Shown: piece by piece, positions 51,091 to 61,812 of the stretch
Layout of the letters: the number at the start of each line of letters is the position of its first letter
Position numbering within the stretch: position 1 is the stretch's first letter
Source of the DNA: an uncultured Collinsella sp.
GTDB taxonomy: Bacteria; Actinomycetota; Coriobacteriia; Coriobacteriales; Coriobacteriaceae
DNA: 64,000 nucleotides
Reading direction: 5' to 3'
Assembly (NCBI GenBank): GCA_902475425.1
Contig: CABRZJ010000002.1
Location: 2,988-66,987 of the forward strand
Translations under genes and position numbers: made by a program
The notes under the pieces: generated by a model
Databases searched by the model: none
Told to the model about the DNA's origin: nothing
The model's input: the letters and a program-made list of their open reading frames with translations, nothing else

Positions 51091-54000
51091 ATGCTCATTC
51101 ACCGTATAGCCGCGCAGCTCTACACTGCCGAGGCGCTGCAGACTGTCGAGGCCGGACTCGATGCCGGCGAGGACGTGACGCTGGCCGTGTCGCAATCGGG
51201 TCGCACGCTTATGGCGGCAGCCCAGTTTGCGCGCCGTCCGCGCCCCACGGTCTACATTGTGAGCGGCGAGGACGCGGCCGATCGCGCCGCGCGCAGCCTT
51301 GCTGCTTATGTGGGCCTGGCGCACGTGTGCCGTTTTCCCGAGCGCAAGGACTATCCGTGGCGCGAGCAGGCGCCTGACGATGCCGTGGTTGCCCAGCGCT
51401 GCGAGGCGCTCGGGCGCATCGTGCGCGGGGACAACTGCATCATGGTCGCCTCGGCCCGTGCGCTGCTGCGTTGCGTGCCGCCAGTCGAGAGCCGCTACTG
51501 GGAGTCCACTACTTTTGCGGTGGGCGAGGAGATTCCTTTTGACGAGGTGCCACAGCGCTTGGTGGGCATGGGCTACACCAATGCCGGTGCCGCCGACGCG
51601 CCCGGCCTGTTCCGTGTGCACGGCGACACCGTCGAGGTGTTCCCCGCGCAGGAAAAAGCGCCCGTGCGCATTGAGTTTTTCGGCGACGAGATCGATCGCA
51701 TCCGCCGTATGGTGAGCTCAACGGGCCAGACCATCGGCAACGAAGACAGCATCGAGATCTTCCCCTGCCGTGAGCTGGCGCTTACCGACGAGGCCGTCCA
51801 CAACATGCATGTGGCGCTCTATCGTGCCAGCCAGGACGACAGCAAACTGGCCGCATTGCTCGAGATGGTGGATGCGCGCATCGTCACGCCTGAGCTCGAT
51901 CGCTTTTTGCCGGTGATGTACGGCCAGACCGTAAGCCCGCTGTCGCACGTGAGCGGCAAGGCGCTCGTGGTGCTGTCCGAGCCGCGCTCGCTGTTCGACG
52001 ATTGCCTGCGCGCCTACGAGGATATCGAGGCCCGTGCCGGCGAGGCGGGGGTCGATCGCCTGGACGGCTTGTACGTGCGCGCCCAACAGCTCGACTTTGG
52101 TGCCCAGCAGCGCCTGAACTACGTGAGCCTCATCCGTGCCGGCGGTGCGGTGACGGCCGAGCTCAAGATTGAGCAGCCGGCCATCGCAGGCTCGGACAAC
52201 CGTTTTATGACGCGCATCCAGGAGGTCGTGGGTAAGCGCTATGCCTGCGTGTTTGCCATCCCCGACCGCGGTGCGCGCGAGTCGATGGAGCTTACCTTTG
52301 GCGACGAGGGCATTACCTTTGAGGAGTCGCTGACCGCGGCGCCCGAAAATACCGGCGCTATCGGCGACCGCGTGCGCGTGGCAGCGGCGGATTCTGCCGA
52401 CCGTGCCGCCCGCCAGGAGGCCCATGCTTCCATTCGCGAGCGCAAGGCAGATGCGCTCAACGCCCGCTCACTCGAGGCGGGTGCCGCCCAGGCTGCCGCC
52501 GGTGCTGCCGTGCCCACCATCTCGCGCGGACGCGTAACCTTTGTCGATGCCGCCCTGCCGCAGGGCGTAGTGGTGCCCGATGCCAACCTGGCCGTGTTCT
52601 CGATCGCCGACCTCAACGCCCGCATGGACGCCAACCGCGCGCGCAGCCGCCGCAAGGTGGACATTACGCAGATCACGTTCCCGTTTAAGCCGGGCGACTA
52701 CGTGGTGCACGCCACTCACGGCATCGCGCTCTTTAGCGAGATCGCGCGCCAGGAAGTGGGCGGCAAGGAACGCGACTACTTTTTGCTGGAATACGCCGAT
52801 GGCGACAAGCTCTACGTGCCGCTCGAGCAGGTTGACCGCATTACGCGCTACGTTGGCCCCGACGGCGATAAACCGCGTCTGACCAGACTCAACACCGCCG
52901 ACTGGACGCGTGCCACCAACAAGGCGCGCAAGAACGCCAAAAAGCTGGCGTTTGACCTGGTCGACCTGTATACGCGCCGCTCGTCGATTACCGGTATCGC
53001 CTGCCCGCCCGACACGCCCGAGCAGATCGAGATGGAGCAGAGCTTCCCTTACGACGAGACGCGCGACCAGCTGGAGGCCATCGCCGACATCAAGGCCGAC
53101 ATGGAGGCGCCCAAGCCCATGGATCGCCTGCTGTGCGGCGACGTGGGTTTCGGCAAGACCGAGGTCGCTCTGCGCGCGGCGTTTAAGTGCGTGGACTCCG
53201 GCCGCCAGGTCATGGTGCTCTGCCCCACGACCATTCTGGCCCAACAGCACTACGAGACATTCTTTGAGCGTTTTGCCCCGTTTGGCTTGGAGGTCGAGGT
53301 ACTCAGCCGCTTCCGCACGCCGGCGCAGCAAAAGCGCGCGCTCAAGGCGTTTGCCGAGGGCACGATTGATGTGCTCATCGGCACGCACCGTCTGCTTTCG
53401 GCCGACGTGAACCCCAAGAACCTGGGCCTGGTGATCATCGACGAAGAGCAGCGCTTTGGTGTGCAGCACAAGGAGCAGCTCAAAAACCTGCGCGAGCAAA
53501 TCGACGTGCTCACGCTTTCGGCAACGCCTATTCCGCGAACCATGCAGATGGCCACGAGCGGCGTGCGCGACATGAGCCTGATCACCACGCCGCCGACCGG
53601 GCGTCGTCCCGTGATCGTGTACGTGGGGGAGTACGACCCCGACGTGGTGAGCGCGGCGATTCGCCTGGAGGTGGGTCGCGGCGGTCAGGTGTATTACGTG
53701 TCCAACCGCGTCAAGACCATCGACGATGCCGTGGCGCGCGTGCACGAGGCCGCGCCCGAGGCGCGCGTGGGCGTGGCGCACGGCAAGATGAGCCCGCGCG
53801 AGGTCGAGGACGTGATGATCGAGTTCGCGACCAAGAAGATCGACGTGCTTATCGCCACGACCATCGTGGAGAGCGGCATCGACAACGCAACGGCCAACAC
53901 GCTCATCATTGAGGACTCGCAGCGTCTGGGTCTGGCACAGCTCTACCAGCTTAAGGGCCGCGTGGGCCGCTCGGCCACGCAGGCATACGCGTACTTTATG

Positions 54001-54723
54001 TTCCCCGGCGAGCTGCCGCTCACCGAGGAGGCCACGGCACGCCTGACCGCGCTTTCCGAGTTCCAGGACCTGGGCAGCGGCATGCGCATCGCCATGCGCG
54101 ACCTGGAGATCCGCGGCGCCGGTTCGCTTATGGGCGCCGAGCAGCACGGTAACCTGTCGAGCGTGGGCTTTGACCTGTTTACGCAGATGCTGGGACAGGC
54201 CGTGGCCGAGGCGCGCGGCGATGACGATGCCGGCGTGGAGGCGGCGAGCGTGGGCATCAACCTGCCGGCCGACTACTTCTTGTCCGAGGAGTACATGCCG
54301 GCGGTGGACCAGCGCGTGCTCGTGTACCGCAAGCTCGCGGCGGCCGAGGACCTGGAGAGTATCGACGAGGTGCAGGAGGAGACCGAGGCCGCGCACGGTG
54401 AGCTGCCGTTGGCGGGGCTTAACTTGTTCAACCGCGCTCGCATCCGCATTCGCGGCGAGCGCTTGGGGCTCGAGAGCGTCACGCTCAGCGGTGGACGCAT
54501 TACCTTCCTGGGGGTTGACGTTCCCAAGAAGGTGGCCTTTGAGCTTAAGACCCGCTATGGCGCGGTGAACTTTCCCAAGAGCCGCAAACTGTCGGTGCCC
54601 TACAAGGCGGGTGCCGGCGCGGGCAGCGGCCTGGGTCGCGGTCTCGACGCCAGCGACGGCACCGGCCCCGTGGCCGCGGCACTCATGCTGCTGCAGCAAT
54701 TAGGCACGAGCGACGATGACTAA
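51091..54723 (+). CDS. mfd: Transcription-repair coupling factor
   Basis: GDYVVHATHGI, GDVGFGKTEVA, DEEQRFG, SATPIPRT, QLKGRVGR and TRG motif RDLEIRGAG. Confidence 0.97.
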   Translation: MLIHRIAAQLYTAEALQTVEAGLDAGEDVTLAVSQSGRTLMAAAQFARRPRPTVYIVSGEDAADRAARSLAAYVGLAHVCRFPERKDYPWREQAPDDAVVAQRCEALGRIVRGDNCIMVASARALLRCVPPVESRYWESTTFAVGEEIPFDEVPQRLVGMGYTNAGAADAPGLFRVHGDTVEVFPAQEKAPVRIEFFGDEIDRIRRMVSSTGQTIGNEDSIEIFPCRELALTDEAVHNMHVALYRASQDDSKLAALLEMVDARIVTPELDRFLPVMYGQTVSPLSHVSGKALVVLSEPRSLFDDCLRAYEDIEARAGEAGVDRLDGLYVRAQQLDFGAQQRLNYVSLIRAGGAVTAELKIEQPAIAGSDNRFMTRIQEVVGKRYACVFAIPDRGARESMELTFGDEGITFEESLTAAPENTGAIGDRVRVAAADSADRAARQEAHASIRERKADALNARSLEAGAAQAAAGAAVPTISRGRVTFVDAALPQGVVVPDANLAVFSIADLNARMDANRARSRRKVDITQITFPFKPGDYVVHATHGIALFSEIARQEVGGKERDYFLLEYADGDKLYVPLEQVDRITRYVGPDGDKPRLTRLNTADWTRATNKARKNAKKLAFDLVDLYTRRSSITGIACPPDTPEQIEMEQSFPYDETRDQLEAIADIKADMEAPKPMDRLLCGDVGFGKTEVALRAAFKCVDSGRQVMVLCPTTILAQQHYETFFERFAPFGLEVEVLSRFRTPAQQKRALKAFAEGTIDVLIGTHRLLSADVNPKNLGLVIIDEEQRFGVQHKEQLKNLREQIDVLTLSATPIPRTMQMATSGVRDMSLITTPPTGRRPVIVYVGEYDPDVVSAAIRLEVGRGGQVYYVSNRVKTIDDAVARVHEAAPEARVGVAHGKMSPREVEDVMIEFATKKIDVLIATTIVESGIDNATANTLIIEDSQRLGLAQLYQLKGRVGRSATQAYAYFMFPGELPLTEEATARLTALSEFQDLGSGMRIAMRDLEIRGAGSLMGAEQHGNLSSVGFDLFTQMLGQAVAEARGDDDAGVEAASVGINLPADYFLSEEYMPAVDQRVLVYRKLAAAEDLESIDEVQEETEAAHGELPLAGLNLFNRARIRIRGERLGLESVTLSGGRITFLGVDVPKKVAFELKTRYGAVNFPKSRKLSVPYKAGAGAGSGLGRGLDASDGTGPVAAALMLLQQLGTSDDD

Positions 54724-54810
54724 CAAGTAGGGGCGTGGCGGGGCATAGCTACCAGTTGTTCTTTGCCCCGCCACCTCGCAGGTTGATTCCAGCCCCATCG
54801 AAAGGAAAGC

Positions 54811-55674
54811 ATGTTCGGATACATCTATAAGAAAGATGTCGCTATTATCGCGGCCGTCCTGTGCCTTTGTCTGGGCGTGGGCAGCTTCTTTGATTATCAG
54901 ATCTCGAGTGCGCTGTTCAACATCGGCAGCATGTACGGTCGCTTTGTCGAGGCGGCCGGCGAGCTACCGTTCGAGCTGACGGCGAGCGTCGCGGGCGTTA
55001 TGCTCGTGCGCGCGGTGCGTTCCGACTCCAAGGCGAGCAAGTGGCTCGCTGCGCTGGGCGTTTTGATCAACGTGGGTCTGGTCGGCTACGAGATTATCGG
55101 ATCGCTGCGCGTCGGCGGCAAGCTTATTGCGTTTCAGCTGGTTCTGACGTTTGCGTTGGTCATCGCAGCCAACTTCATCGCCTACCGCCTCACGCGCACG
55201 ACCGAGCCCGACGAGCTTACGCGCTGGGCGTTGATGGTGCTGGCCGTGTGGGTCGCTCAGGCCATCATCCTCAACGTCATTGTTAAGCCGTTATGGTCGC
55301 GCCCGCGCATGCGCGTGATCGAGGTCACGCCGGGGCTCAATTTTCAGCCGTGGTGGGTGATCGGCAACCCCGACAAGTGGGCCTATATCGCCGCCGGCGT
55401 GATCAAGGACGGGTTCAAGTCGTTTGCGAGCGGACACACGGCGCATGCGGCGATCGGCCTTATGCTCGCCGGGCTTCCCGCGGCAGCCTTTAAGGAAAAA
55501 CCTTCGCGTCGCCGCGTGATCTTTTGGGCGGCGGTTGTTGTTGCAGCGTTCGTCGCCTTTGGGCGCATCGTGATCGGCGCGCACTTTTTGAGTGACGTGA
55601 GCTGCGGTTTTGCCCTGGTACTGGCACTTGAGTGCCTTGCCGCACGCATTGCCTATCCCAACGGCGTACAATAG
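54811..55674 (+). CDS. PAP2-family membrane phosphatase
   Basis: KPLWSRPR, SFASGHT and RIVIGAHFLSDV. Confidence 0.88.
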   Translation: MFGYIYKKDVAIIAAVLCLCLGVGSFFDYQISSALFNIGSMYGRFVEAAGELPFELTASVAGVMLVRAVRSDSKASKWLAALGVLINVGLVGYEIIGSLRVGGKLIAFQLVLTFALVIAANFIAYRLTRTTEPDELTRWALMVLAVWVAQAIILNVIVKPLWSRPRMRVIEVTPGLNFQPWWVIGNPDKWAYIAAGVIKDGFKSFASGHTAHAAIGLMLAGLPAAAFKEKPSRRRVIFWAAVVVAAFVAFGRIVIGAHFLSDVSCGFALVLALECLAARIAYPNGVQ

Positions 55675-55719
55675 CTCCGTTTGAATCATCTGGCCGATAC
55701 CCGGTAAGAGAGGATTGCC

Positions 55720-56745
55720 ATGCTCGCGTTTAACAACGATTATTCCCACGGCGCACATCCGGCAGTGCTGCAGGCGCTCGTCGACACCAATATGGAGCCG
55801 CAGCCCGGCTACGGTACCGATGCGCACACCGAGCGTGCCAAGCAGCTTATCCGCGAGGCCTGTCAGGCCCCCGATGCCGACGTGTTTTTTCTGGTGGGCG
55901 GCACGCAGGCCAACGCGACGGTGATTGACATGCTGCTCGCGCCGTACGAGGGCGTCGTTGCTGCCGAGACCGGCCACGTCGCCTGCCACGAGGCGGGCGC
56001 CATCGAGTTTGGCGGTCACAAGGTGCTCACCATCCCCGGCTACGAGGGCAAGATGCACGCCGAGGATCTGGAGAACTATATCCAGGTGTTCTACGAAAAC
56101 GAGAGCTACGAGCACACGGTGTTCCCGGGCGCCGTGTACGTGAGCCTATCGACCGAGTACGGCACGCTGTACTCCAAGGCCGAGCTCGCGGCGATTCACG
56201 CAGTGTGCCAGAAGCGCGAGATTCCGCTGTTTGTGGATGGCGCCCGCCTGGCCTATGCGCTGGCGGCCGATGAGTGCGACATTACCCTGCCCGAGCTGGC
56301 GCAGCTGTGCGACGTGTTCTACATCGGCGGCACCAAGTGCGGCGCGCTCTGCGGCGAGGCTGTGGTGTTTTGCGGCATACACGCTCCGGCGCATCCCATT
56401 CCGCGTATTAAGCAGCACGGCGCGCTGTTGGCCAAGGGCCGCCTGACGGGCGTGCAGTTTGAGGCGCTCTTTACCGACGGCCTGTATTTTGAGATTGGCC
56501 GTCAGGCGATCGAAACCGCGCAGGCGCTTCGTCGCGTGCTGCACGAGCACGGCTACCGGTTCTTCTTGGAGACGCCGACTAACCAGCAGTTCGTGATTCT
56601 GCCCAACGAGGACATGGCGCGCATTCGCAAGCATGCGGCGATCGAGTACTGGGAAAAGTACGACGAGACCCACACGGTGGTGCGCTTTTGCACCAGCTGG
56701 GCCACGACGCAGGGGGATATCGACGCGTTGGCGGCTGTCCTGTAG
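55720..56745 (+). CDS. ltaE: Low-specificity L-threonine aldolase family protein
   Basis: FNNDY, GGTQAN, HEAGA, DGARL and GGTKCG. Confidence 0.85.
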   Translation: MLAFNNDYSHGAHPAVLQALVDTNMEPQPGYGTDAHTERAKQLIREACQAPDADVFFLVGGTQANATVIDMLLAPYEGVVAAETGHVACHEAGAIEFGGHKVLTIPGYEGKMHAEDLENYIQVFYENESYEHTVFPGAVYVSLSTEYGTLYSKAELAAIHAVCQKREIPLFVDGARLAYALAADECDITLPELAQLCDVFYIGGTKCGALCGEAVVFCGIHAPAHPIPRIKQHGALLAKGRLTGVQFEALFTDGLYFEIGRQAIETAQALRRVLHEHGYRFFLETPTNQQFVILPNEDMARIRKHAAIEYWEKYDETHTVVRFCTSWATTQGDIDALAAVL

Positions 56746-56823
56746 CCTGATGTAATGACGGGGGGGCCGCCTTGCGCTGGGTTTGGCGCAAGGCGGCCTC
56801 TGTTTTTGAGGGGGAAGGGTTGT

Positions 56824-57414
56824 ATGACCGAGATGTCCGAGCCGACGATTCGCCTGGCGACGCCCGATGATGCGCCGGCGTTGCTTGCCATCTATGAGCC
56901 GTATGTGCGCCAGACGGCGATTACCTGCGAATACGAGGTGCCGGGCGTTGAGGAGTTCGCCGGGCGCATCGAGCGTACGCTCAAGCGCTATCCGTATCTG
57001 GTGATGGAGCTGGACGGGCGTCCGGTAGGTTATGCCTATGTGAGTCCGCTCAACAGCCGCGAGGCATACGACTGGTCGGTCGAGACGTCGATCTACCTGG
57101 CGCGCGACGTGCGCCACGGCGGGCTGGGCCGCAAGCTGCACGATGCGCTCAAACAATGCCTGGTCGCGATGGGCATCACCAACATGTGCGCGCTCATCGC
57201 CGTGCCGCACGATAAGGACGACGAGTACCTGACGCACAACAGTCAGGACTTCCATGCCCATATGGGATATCGCTTGGTGGGTGCTTTCGACCGCTGTGCC
57301 CAAAAGTTCGGCCGCTGGTACGACATGTGCTGGATGGAGTTGGTCCTGGCCGAGCGCACACCCAACCAACCCAAGCCAACCTGGTTCCCCGACCTCCCCA
57401 AACCTACCATTTAG
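56824..57414 (+). CDS. GNAT acetyltransferase (phosphinothricin/YncA-like)
   Basis: AYDWSVETSIY, FHAHMGY and KFGRWYD. Confidence 0.88.
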   Translation: MTEMSEPTIRLATPDDAPALLAIYEPYVRQTAITCEYEVPGVEEFAGRIERTLKRYPYLVMELDGRPVGYAYVSPLNSREAYDWSVETSIYLARDVRHGGLGRKLHDALKQCLVAMGITNMCALIAVPHDKDDEYLTHNSQDFHAHMGYRLVGAFDRCAQKFGRWYDMCWMELVLAERTPNQPKPTWFPDLPKPTI

Positions 57415-57435
57415 GGACAGGTTTATTTTGGCAGG

Positions 57436-58158
57436 TTAGCCGATGGGCTCGGTGTATTTGGCGCGGTCGGTGCGCTGGATGCGCTTGGAGACATGGAGCG
57501 GTCGGCCGTCGGTGTCGTAGACGTAGTCGGTGATCAGGATCAGCGCCTGCCCGCGCTCAACGTTGAGCAAAAACGCCTCGTTTTGCGAGGCATAGCACAC
57601 CTCAAAGGTCTTGTGCCCCTGTGCCGGCGCGCGATGGAATTCTTGGCGCAGCGTCGCGTAGAGTGAACCGTTGATATCGCGATCGATGAGTGCTTCAAAG
57701 CTCGGTGGTAGATAGGTGGTCTCCAGGCACAGCGGCGCATCGTCCAGGTAGCGCAGGCGGACAAGTTTGACGAGCTTGCTGCCCACGGCGGCATCAAAGA
57801 ACTTAGCTATGCTGCCGCCCGCCTTGGTAAAGCCCGAGTCCACCGTGCGCGTGGTGGGCTTCATGCCCTGGCCTTCGACCTGCTTGGTATAGCTCGAAAA
57901 CACCAGGTTGTTCTCGTGGAGCGCGGGCGTGTCGGCCACAAAGGCGCCACGCCCGCGCTCGGTGCGCACCAGGCCCTCATCAACGAGCACCTTAAGGGCG
58001 TGGCGCACGGTGCTGCGCGACAGCCCCGATTCGTCCATGAGCTCCATCTCGGACGGCAGCTTGTCTCCGCGTGCGTAGATGCCGGCGGCGATGCGGTCGC
58101 GAAGCGTACCCGCCAAGCGCTCGTATTGGGCCAGTTTCTTTTTAGACGAAGCGTTCAT
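57436..58158 (-). CDS. GntR/HutC-family regulator with UTRA domain (FrlR-like)
   Basis: LPSEMEL, SRSTVRHAL and GRGAFV, with a C-terminal UTRA-like region. Divergent from the SIS/PTS operon. Confidence 0.92.
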   Translation of the reverse strand: MNASSKKKLAQYERLAGTLRDRIAAGIYARGDKLPSEMELMDESGLSRSTVRHALKVLVDEGLVRTERGRGAFVADTPALHENNLVFSSYTKQVEGQGMKPTTRTVDSGFTKAGGSIAKFFDAAVGSKLVKLVRLRYLDDAPLCLETTYLPPSFEALIDRDINGSLYATLRQEFHRAPAQGHKTFEVCYASQNEAFLLNVERGQALILITDYVYDTDGRPLHVSKRIQRTDRAKYTEPIG

Positions 58159-58168
58159 GCGATCAACC

Positions 58169-58325
58169 TGTATCTAACTTGTATGCGTATCTAATCAAGC
58201 ATGTATTCAATACAACAACAAAACCGCTGGTAGCTAGTTATAGAAAACTGCATCAGCAAAATATCTAAGACAAATATAGCATACAACTAGTCGACATAAC
58301 CAAAACATGTATGTAACTTGTATGC
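58169..58325. promoter_or_regulatory. Candidate GntR operator repeats
   Basis: TGTATCTAACTTGTATGC (58169-58186), TGTATGTAACTTGTATGC (58308-58325) and a partial inverted copy at 58279-58296. Confidence 0.7.
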
Positions 58326-58363
58326 CATTGAGAGCATCAAACGAGAAGAAAGGCTGATGCACG

Positions 58364-59356
58364 ATGACTACTCAGGAACAGGTTAAGGATGTCGTCTCCC
58401 AGGTTTTGGCTGACAAGGCAGACAAGGGCGGCATCAAGCGCGTCGTGTGGATTGGCGCCGGCGGATCCAACGGCGGCAACTATCCTGCCCAGTACTTTAT
58501 GGAGCACGAGGCCACGCAGGTCGTGAGCTCCAGCTACACCAGCAACGAGTTCGTGCACGCAACCCCTGCCTACGTCAACGAGAACACCCTGGCCGTCGTC
58601 GTGTCCATGCGCGGCACCAAGGAGACCATCGTTGCCGCCCAGGTCGCCAAGGACCACGGCGCCAGCACCATCGCCATCTATGTTGACGAGTCCGGCCTCA
58701 CCGAGGTCTGCGACTACAAGATCCAGTACGACAGCCTGGCCGTCGACGAGTCCTGCATGGGCCGCACCAACTCCGCCGCCGTGACCATGATCGCCATGGA
58801 GCTTACGCAGCAGACCGAGGGCTATGCCGAGTACGAGACCGCTATGGCCGCGTTCGACTTGGTCGACCCCATCTATCGCAAGGCCGTCGAGTACACCCGT
58901 CCGCTCGCTGCCAAGTGGGCCGAGCAGAACGCCGACAAGCCCTGCATCAACGTGATGGCTCAGGGTCCGCTCTTTGGTGCCGCCTACGTCTTCAGCATCT
59001 GCAACGTGCAGGAGATGCTGCAGATCGACTCCTGCACCATCAACACCTGCGACTTCTTCCACGGTCCTTTCGAGATTCTGGACAAGCGCACCTCGCTGTT
59101 CCAGCTCATCAGCGTCGGCCGCAGCCGCTGCAACGACGAGCGCGGCATCCGCTTCGTCAACCAGTACGGTGGCGAGCGCGTCTATCAGCTCGACGCCAAG
59201 GAGCTCGGCCTCAACGACATCAAGGACAGCGTGAGCGAGTACTTCAACCACCTGATCTTTGCCCCGATCCTCAACAACGTGTATATGCGCGCGCTCTCTG
59301 CCGTCACCCACAAGGACTACATGACGCGCCGCTACATGTGGAAGCTGGACTACTAG
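58364..59356 (+). CDS. SIS-domain fructosamine/fructoselysine-6-P deglycase-like protein
   Basis: GAGGS, FFHGPFE and C-terminal RRYMWK, as in FrlB-like proteins. Confidence 0.85.
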   Translation: MTTQEQVKDVVSQVLADKADKGGIKRVVWIGAGGSNGGNYPAQYFMEHEATQVVSSSYTSNEFVHATPAYVNENTLAVVVSMRGTKETIVAAQVAKDHGASTIAIYVDESGLTEVCDYKIQYDSLAVDESCMGRTNSAAVTMIAMELTQQTEGYAEYETAMAAFDLVDPIYRKAVEYTRPLAAKWAEQNADKPCINVMAQGPLFGAAYVFSICNVQEMLQIDSCTINTCDFFHGPFEILDKRTSLFQLISVGRSRCNDERGIRFVNQYGGERVYQLDAKELGLNDIKDSVSEYFNHLIFAPILNNVYMRALSAVTHKDYMTRRYMWKLDY

Positions 59357-59551
59357 GGGATAGAGCGGCCTAACAGCTCGATGTCCTCATAAGTTGCGGT
59401 GGAATAGTTCTTGCTTGGGGGCTTGAAGCCTCTATTTAGGAACTATTTCACCGCAACCGCCCAGTAATCCGCTGGGGGCGGAGGAAAACGGATCACTTTT
59501 CCGCTCACCGATTTGTGTCTTGAAAAATGTATATAACGACTATAACGTAGT

Positions 59552-60670
59552 GTGAAACATATTGGAAACAATACCGAGGAGGCTGCGTTGAAGAAAAGCA
59601 ATCTGGGCTATGTGCTGGTGCTGGTCGCCGCGCTTATGTGGGGCAGCATCGGAATCTTTGTAAACGGCATCTCGGCCATGGGCGTTTCGTCCCAGAGCAT
59701 GGCTGCCTTTCGCTTGTTGGTCGGAGCGCTTATCTTGGCGCCGGTCCTGATGTTTATGGGCTGTCGTCCGGGTGAGGGGTCTACCGTGGCTCAGGGTCCG
59801 CTGGCCCTGTTCAAGGCAAGCCCTAAAGAGCTTGTTCCCTGCGCGCTTGTCGGTATCGTCGGTTTGGCCGCCGCCAACACCTGCTATTACGAGTGCATGG
59901 GCGAGGTGGGCATGTCCACGGCCTCGGTGCTGCTCTACACCTCGCCGGTGTTTGGCGTCGTGCTCGGCCGCGTGCTTTATCGCGAGGACGTGACCCCCAA
60001 CAAGCTCGTTGCCATTGTCTTTAACATCGTTGGCTGCGTGCTTGCAGTGACCAATGGCGACCTTTCCGGTTTCCATTTTTCGGTTTGGGGCGTCACGTCG
60101 GGCGTGATTGCAGGCTTTTGCGGTGCGTCGCTCGCGGTGTTTAGCCGAATAGCAACCAAGACGGTCCACCCGCTGGCCGTCACGTTTTGGGGCTTTGTTT
60201 TTGGCGGTGCGGTTATGGCGGCTATCGCGGCTCCGTGGCCGGATGTCGCCGCGGCAATGTCGCCACAGCTGCTGCTGCTGTTCCTTGGCTTTGGACTCAT
60301 CCCCACAGCTGTGGCCTACATCTTATATATGCAGGGTCTGTCCATGGGGCTCGAGACATCGAAAGTTCCCGTCGTAATGTCATTCGAGACGGTCGTCACC
60401 GTACTGCTGGGCATTGGTGTCTACGCCGAGCCCGCCGGCGCGATCAAAGTCCTGGGCATCGTGCTGGTGCTCGCGTCCATCCTGATTATGAACACCGACT
60501 TCTCTAAGCTGCGCAACAGTGTGTTTGTCGGTCATGTCATTGAGAGCATGACCTTTAAGCCCAACGCGTGGTGGACGGAGAAATCGCAGGACATGGATCT
60601 GTTTAAGGAGCGCACCGGCATCGCGCTGGAACCCACCGTGCAGGAAAGCCCCTGGTACTTCGTGCGATAA
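59552..60670 (+). CDS. DMT/EamA-family transporter
   Basis: About 10 TM helices in duplicated EamA pattern. Start may be GTG 59552 or TTG 59588. Confidence 0.85.
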   Translation: MKHIGNNTEEAALKKSNLGYVLVLVAALMWGSIGIFVNGISAMGVSSQSMAAFRLLVGALILAPVLMFMGCRPGEGSTVAQGPLALFKASPKELVPCALVGIVGLAAANTCYYECMGEVGMSTASVLLYTSPVFGVVLGRVLYREDVTPNKLVAIVFNIVGCVLAVTNGDLSGFHFSVWGVTSGVIAGFCGASLAVFSRIATKTVHPLAVTFWGFVFGGAVMAAIAAPWPDVAAAMSPQLLLLFLGFGLIPTAVAYILYMQGLSMGLETSKVPVVMSFETVVTVLLGIGVYAEPAGAIKVLGIVLVLASILIMNTDFSKLRNSVFVGHVIESMTFKPNAWWTEKSQDMDLFKERTGIALEPTVQESPWYFVR

Positions 60671-60852
60671 GGGGTAGGCGAGGCGTCTGATCGGGTGTCG
60701 ACAAAACAGCGCCGGCCTACCCGGCCCCAACGTTTCAAGTGCGTTAAACCCGTCAACGGTCGATTTTCACCCGCGAACGGTCTTTATACTAATTAGCAAT
60801 ATAAGCAACGTATAAGACGTTATAATGACCATAACGAAAAGGAGGAGGCAAG

Positions 60853-61776
60853 ATGAATCAGATCATTCTCGCATCTCATGGCGGCCTGGCCGCAGGCGCC
60901 AAAGACACGCTCGAGATGGTTCTCGGCGACGTGTCGAACGTCCACGTCGTGTCGCTTGCTCGTGACGACAAGGAGCCCATCACCAATAAGGTTGAGGCTA
61001 TGATCGCCACGTTCAACGCGGACGACACCGTCTATGTGCTGACCGATATGCTCGGCAGCTCGGTCAACAACAACATGGTCGAGCTTTCCAAGAACGGCAC
61101 GAAGTTCACGGTTGTCAGCGGTTTCAACATCCCGCTGGCGCTCACTCTCGCTATGAGCCCCGTCCCCGTCAAGGGTGCCGAGCTCGCAGCCCTCATCAAC
61201 GAGGCCCGCACCGGTCTGACCAACCCCAACGCACCGGTCGAGGCTGCCGCGGCTCCCGCCAAGAAGGCCAAGGCGCCCCGTCACAGCTCCGGTCCCGCCA
61301 AGATCGTCCTCGCACGTCTTGACTACCGTCTGCTGCACGGCCAGGTCGTCTTTACCTGGACCACCAAGGTTCAGGCCGAGCGCATCATCGTCGTCGACAA
61401 CGCCGCCGCCAACGATGACATCAAGAAGGGCGCTCTTAAGCTGGCCAAGCCCCAGGGCGTGCGCCTGAACGTCTTCACCGTCGAGCGTGCCCTCGCCAAG
61501 ATGGACAAGCTCAACACCCTCGGCGAGCGCGTCATGTTCGTCTTTGGCAACACGGCCGAGATGCTGCAGTTCTGCCAGGGCTACAAGCTCGACGCCATCA
61601 ACTTGGGCGCCACCGCCAACCACGACGGTGCCGATCAGGTCGGCGGCAAGGACAGCTCCGTCTTCCTCGACGCCACCCAGAAGGCCGACGTCAACCAGCT
61701 GCTCGACATGGGCATCAAGCTCTATGTTCAGCAGACCCCTACGTATCAGAGCGTCGACATCGACGCCAAGCTGTAA
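60853..61776 (+). CDS. Mannose-family PTS EIIAB
   Basis: IIA motif ASHGG and IIB motif RLDYRLLHGQV, joined by an Ala/Pro/Lys linker. Confidence 0.93.
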   Translation: MNQIILASHGGLAAGAKDTLEMVLGDVSNVHVVSLARDDKEPITNKVEAMIATFNADDTVYVLTDMLGSSVNNNMVELSKNGTKFTVVSGFNIPLALTLAMSPVPVKGAELAALINEARTGLTNPNAPVEAAAAPAKKAKAPRHSSGPAKIVLARLDYRLLHGQVVFTWTTKVQAERIIVVDNAAANDDIKKGALKLAKPQGVRLNVFTVERALAKMDKLNTLGERVMFVFGNTAEMLQFCQGYKLDAINLGATANHDGADQVGGKDSSVFLDATQKADVNQLLDMGIKLYVQQTPTYQSVDIDAKL

Positions 61777-61812
61777 TCAACCAGGCTTTTGCCTGACTGA
61801 AAGGAGAAGGGT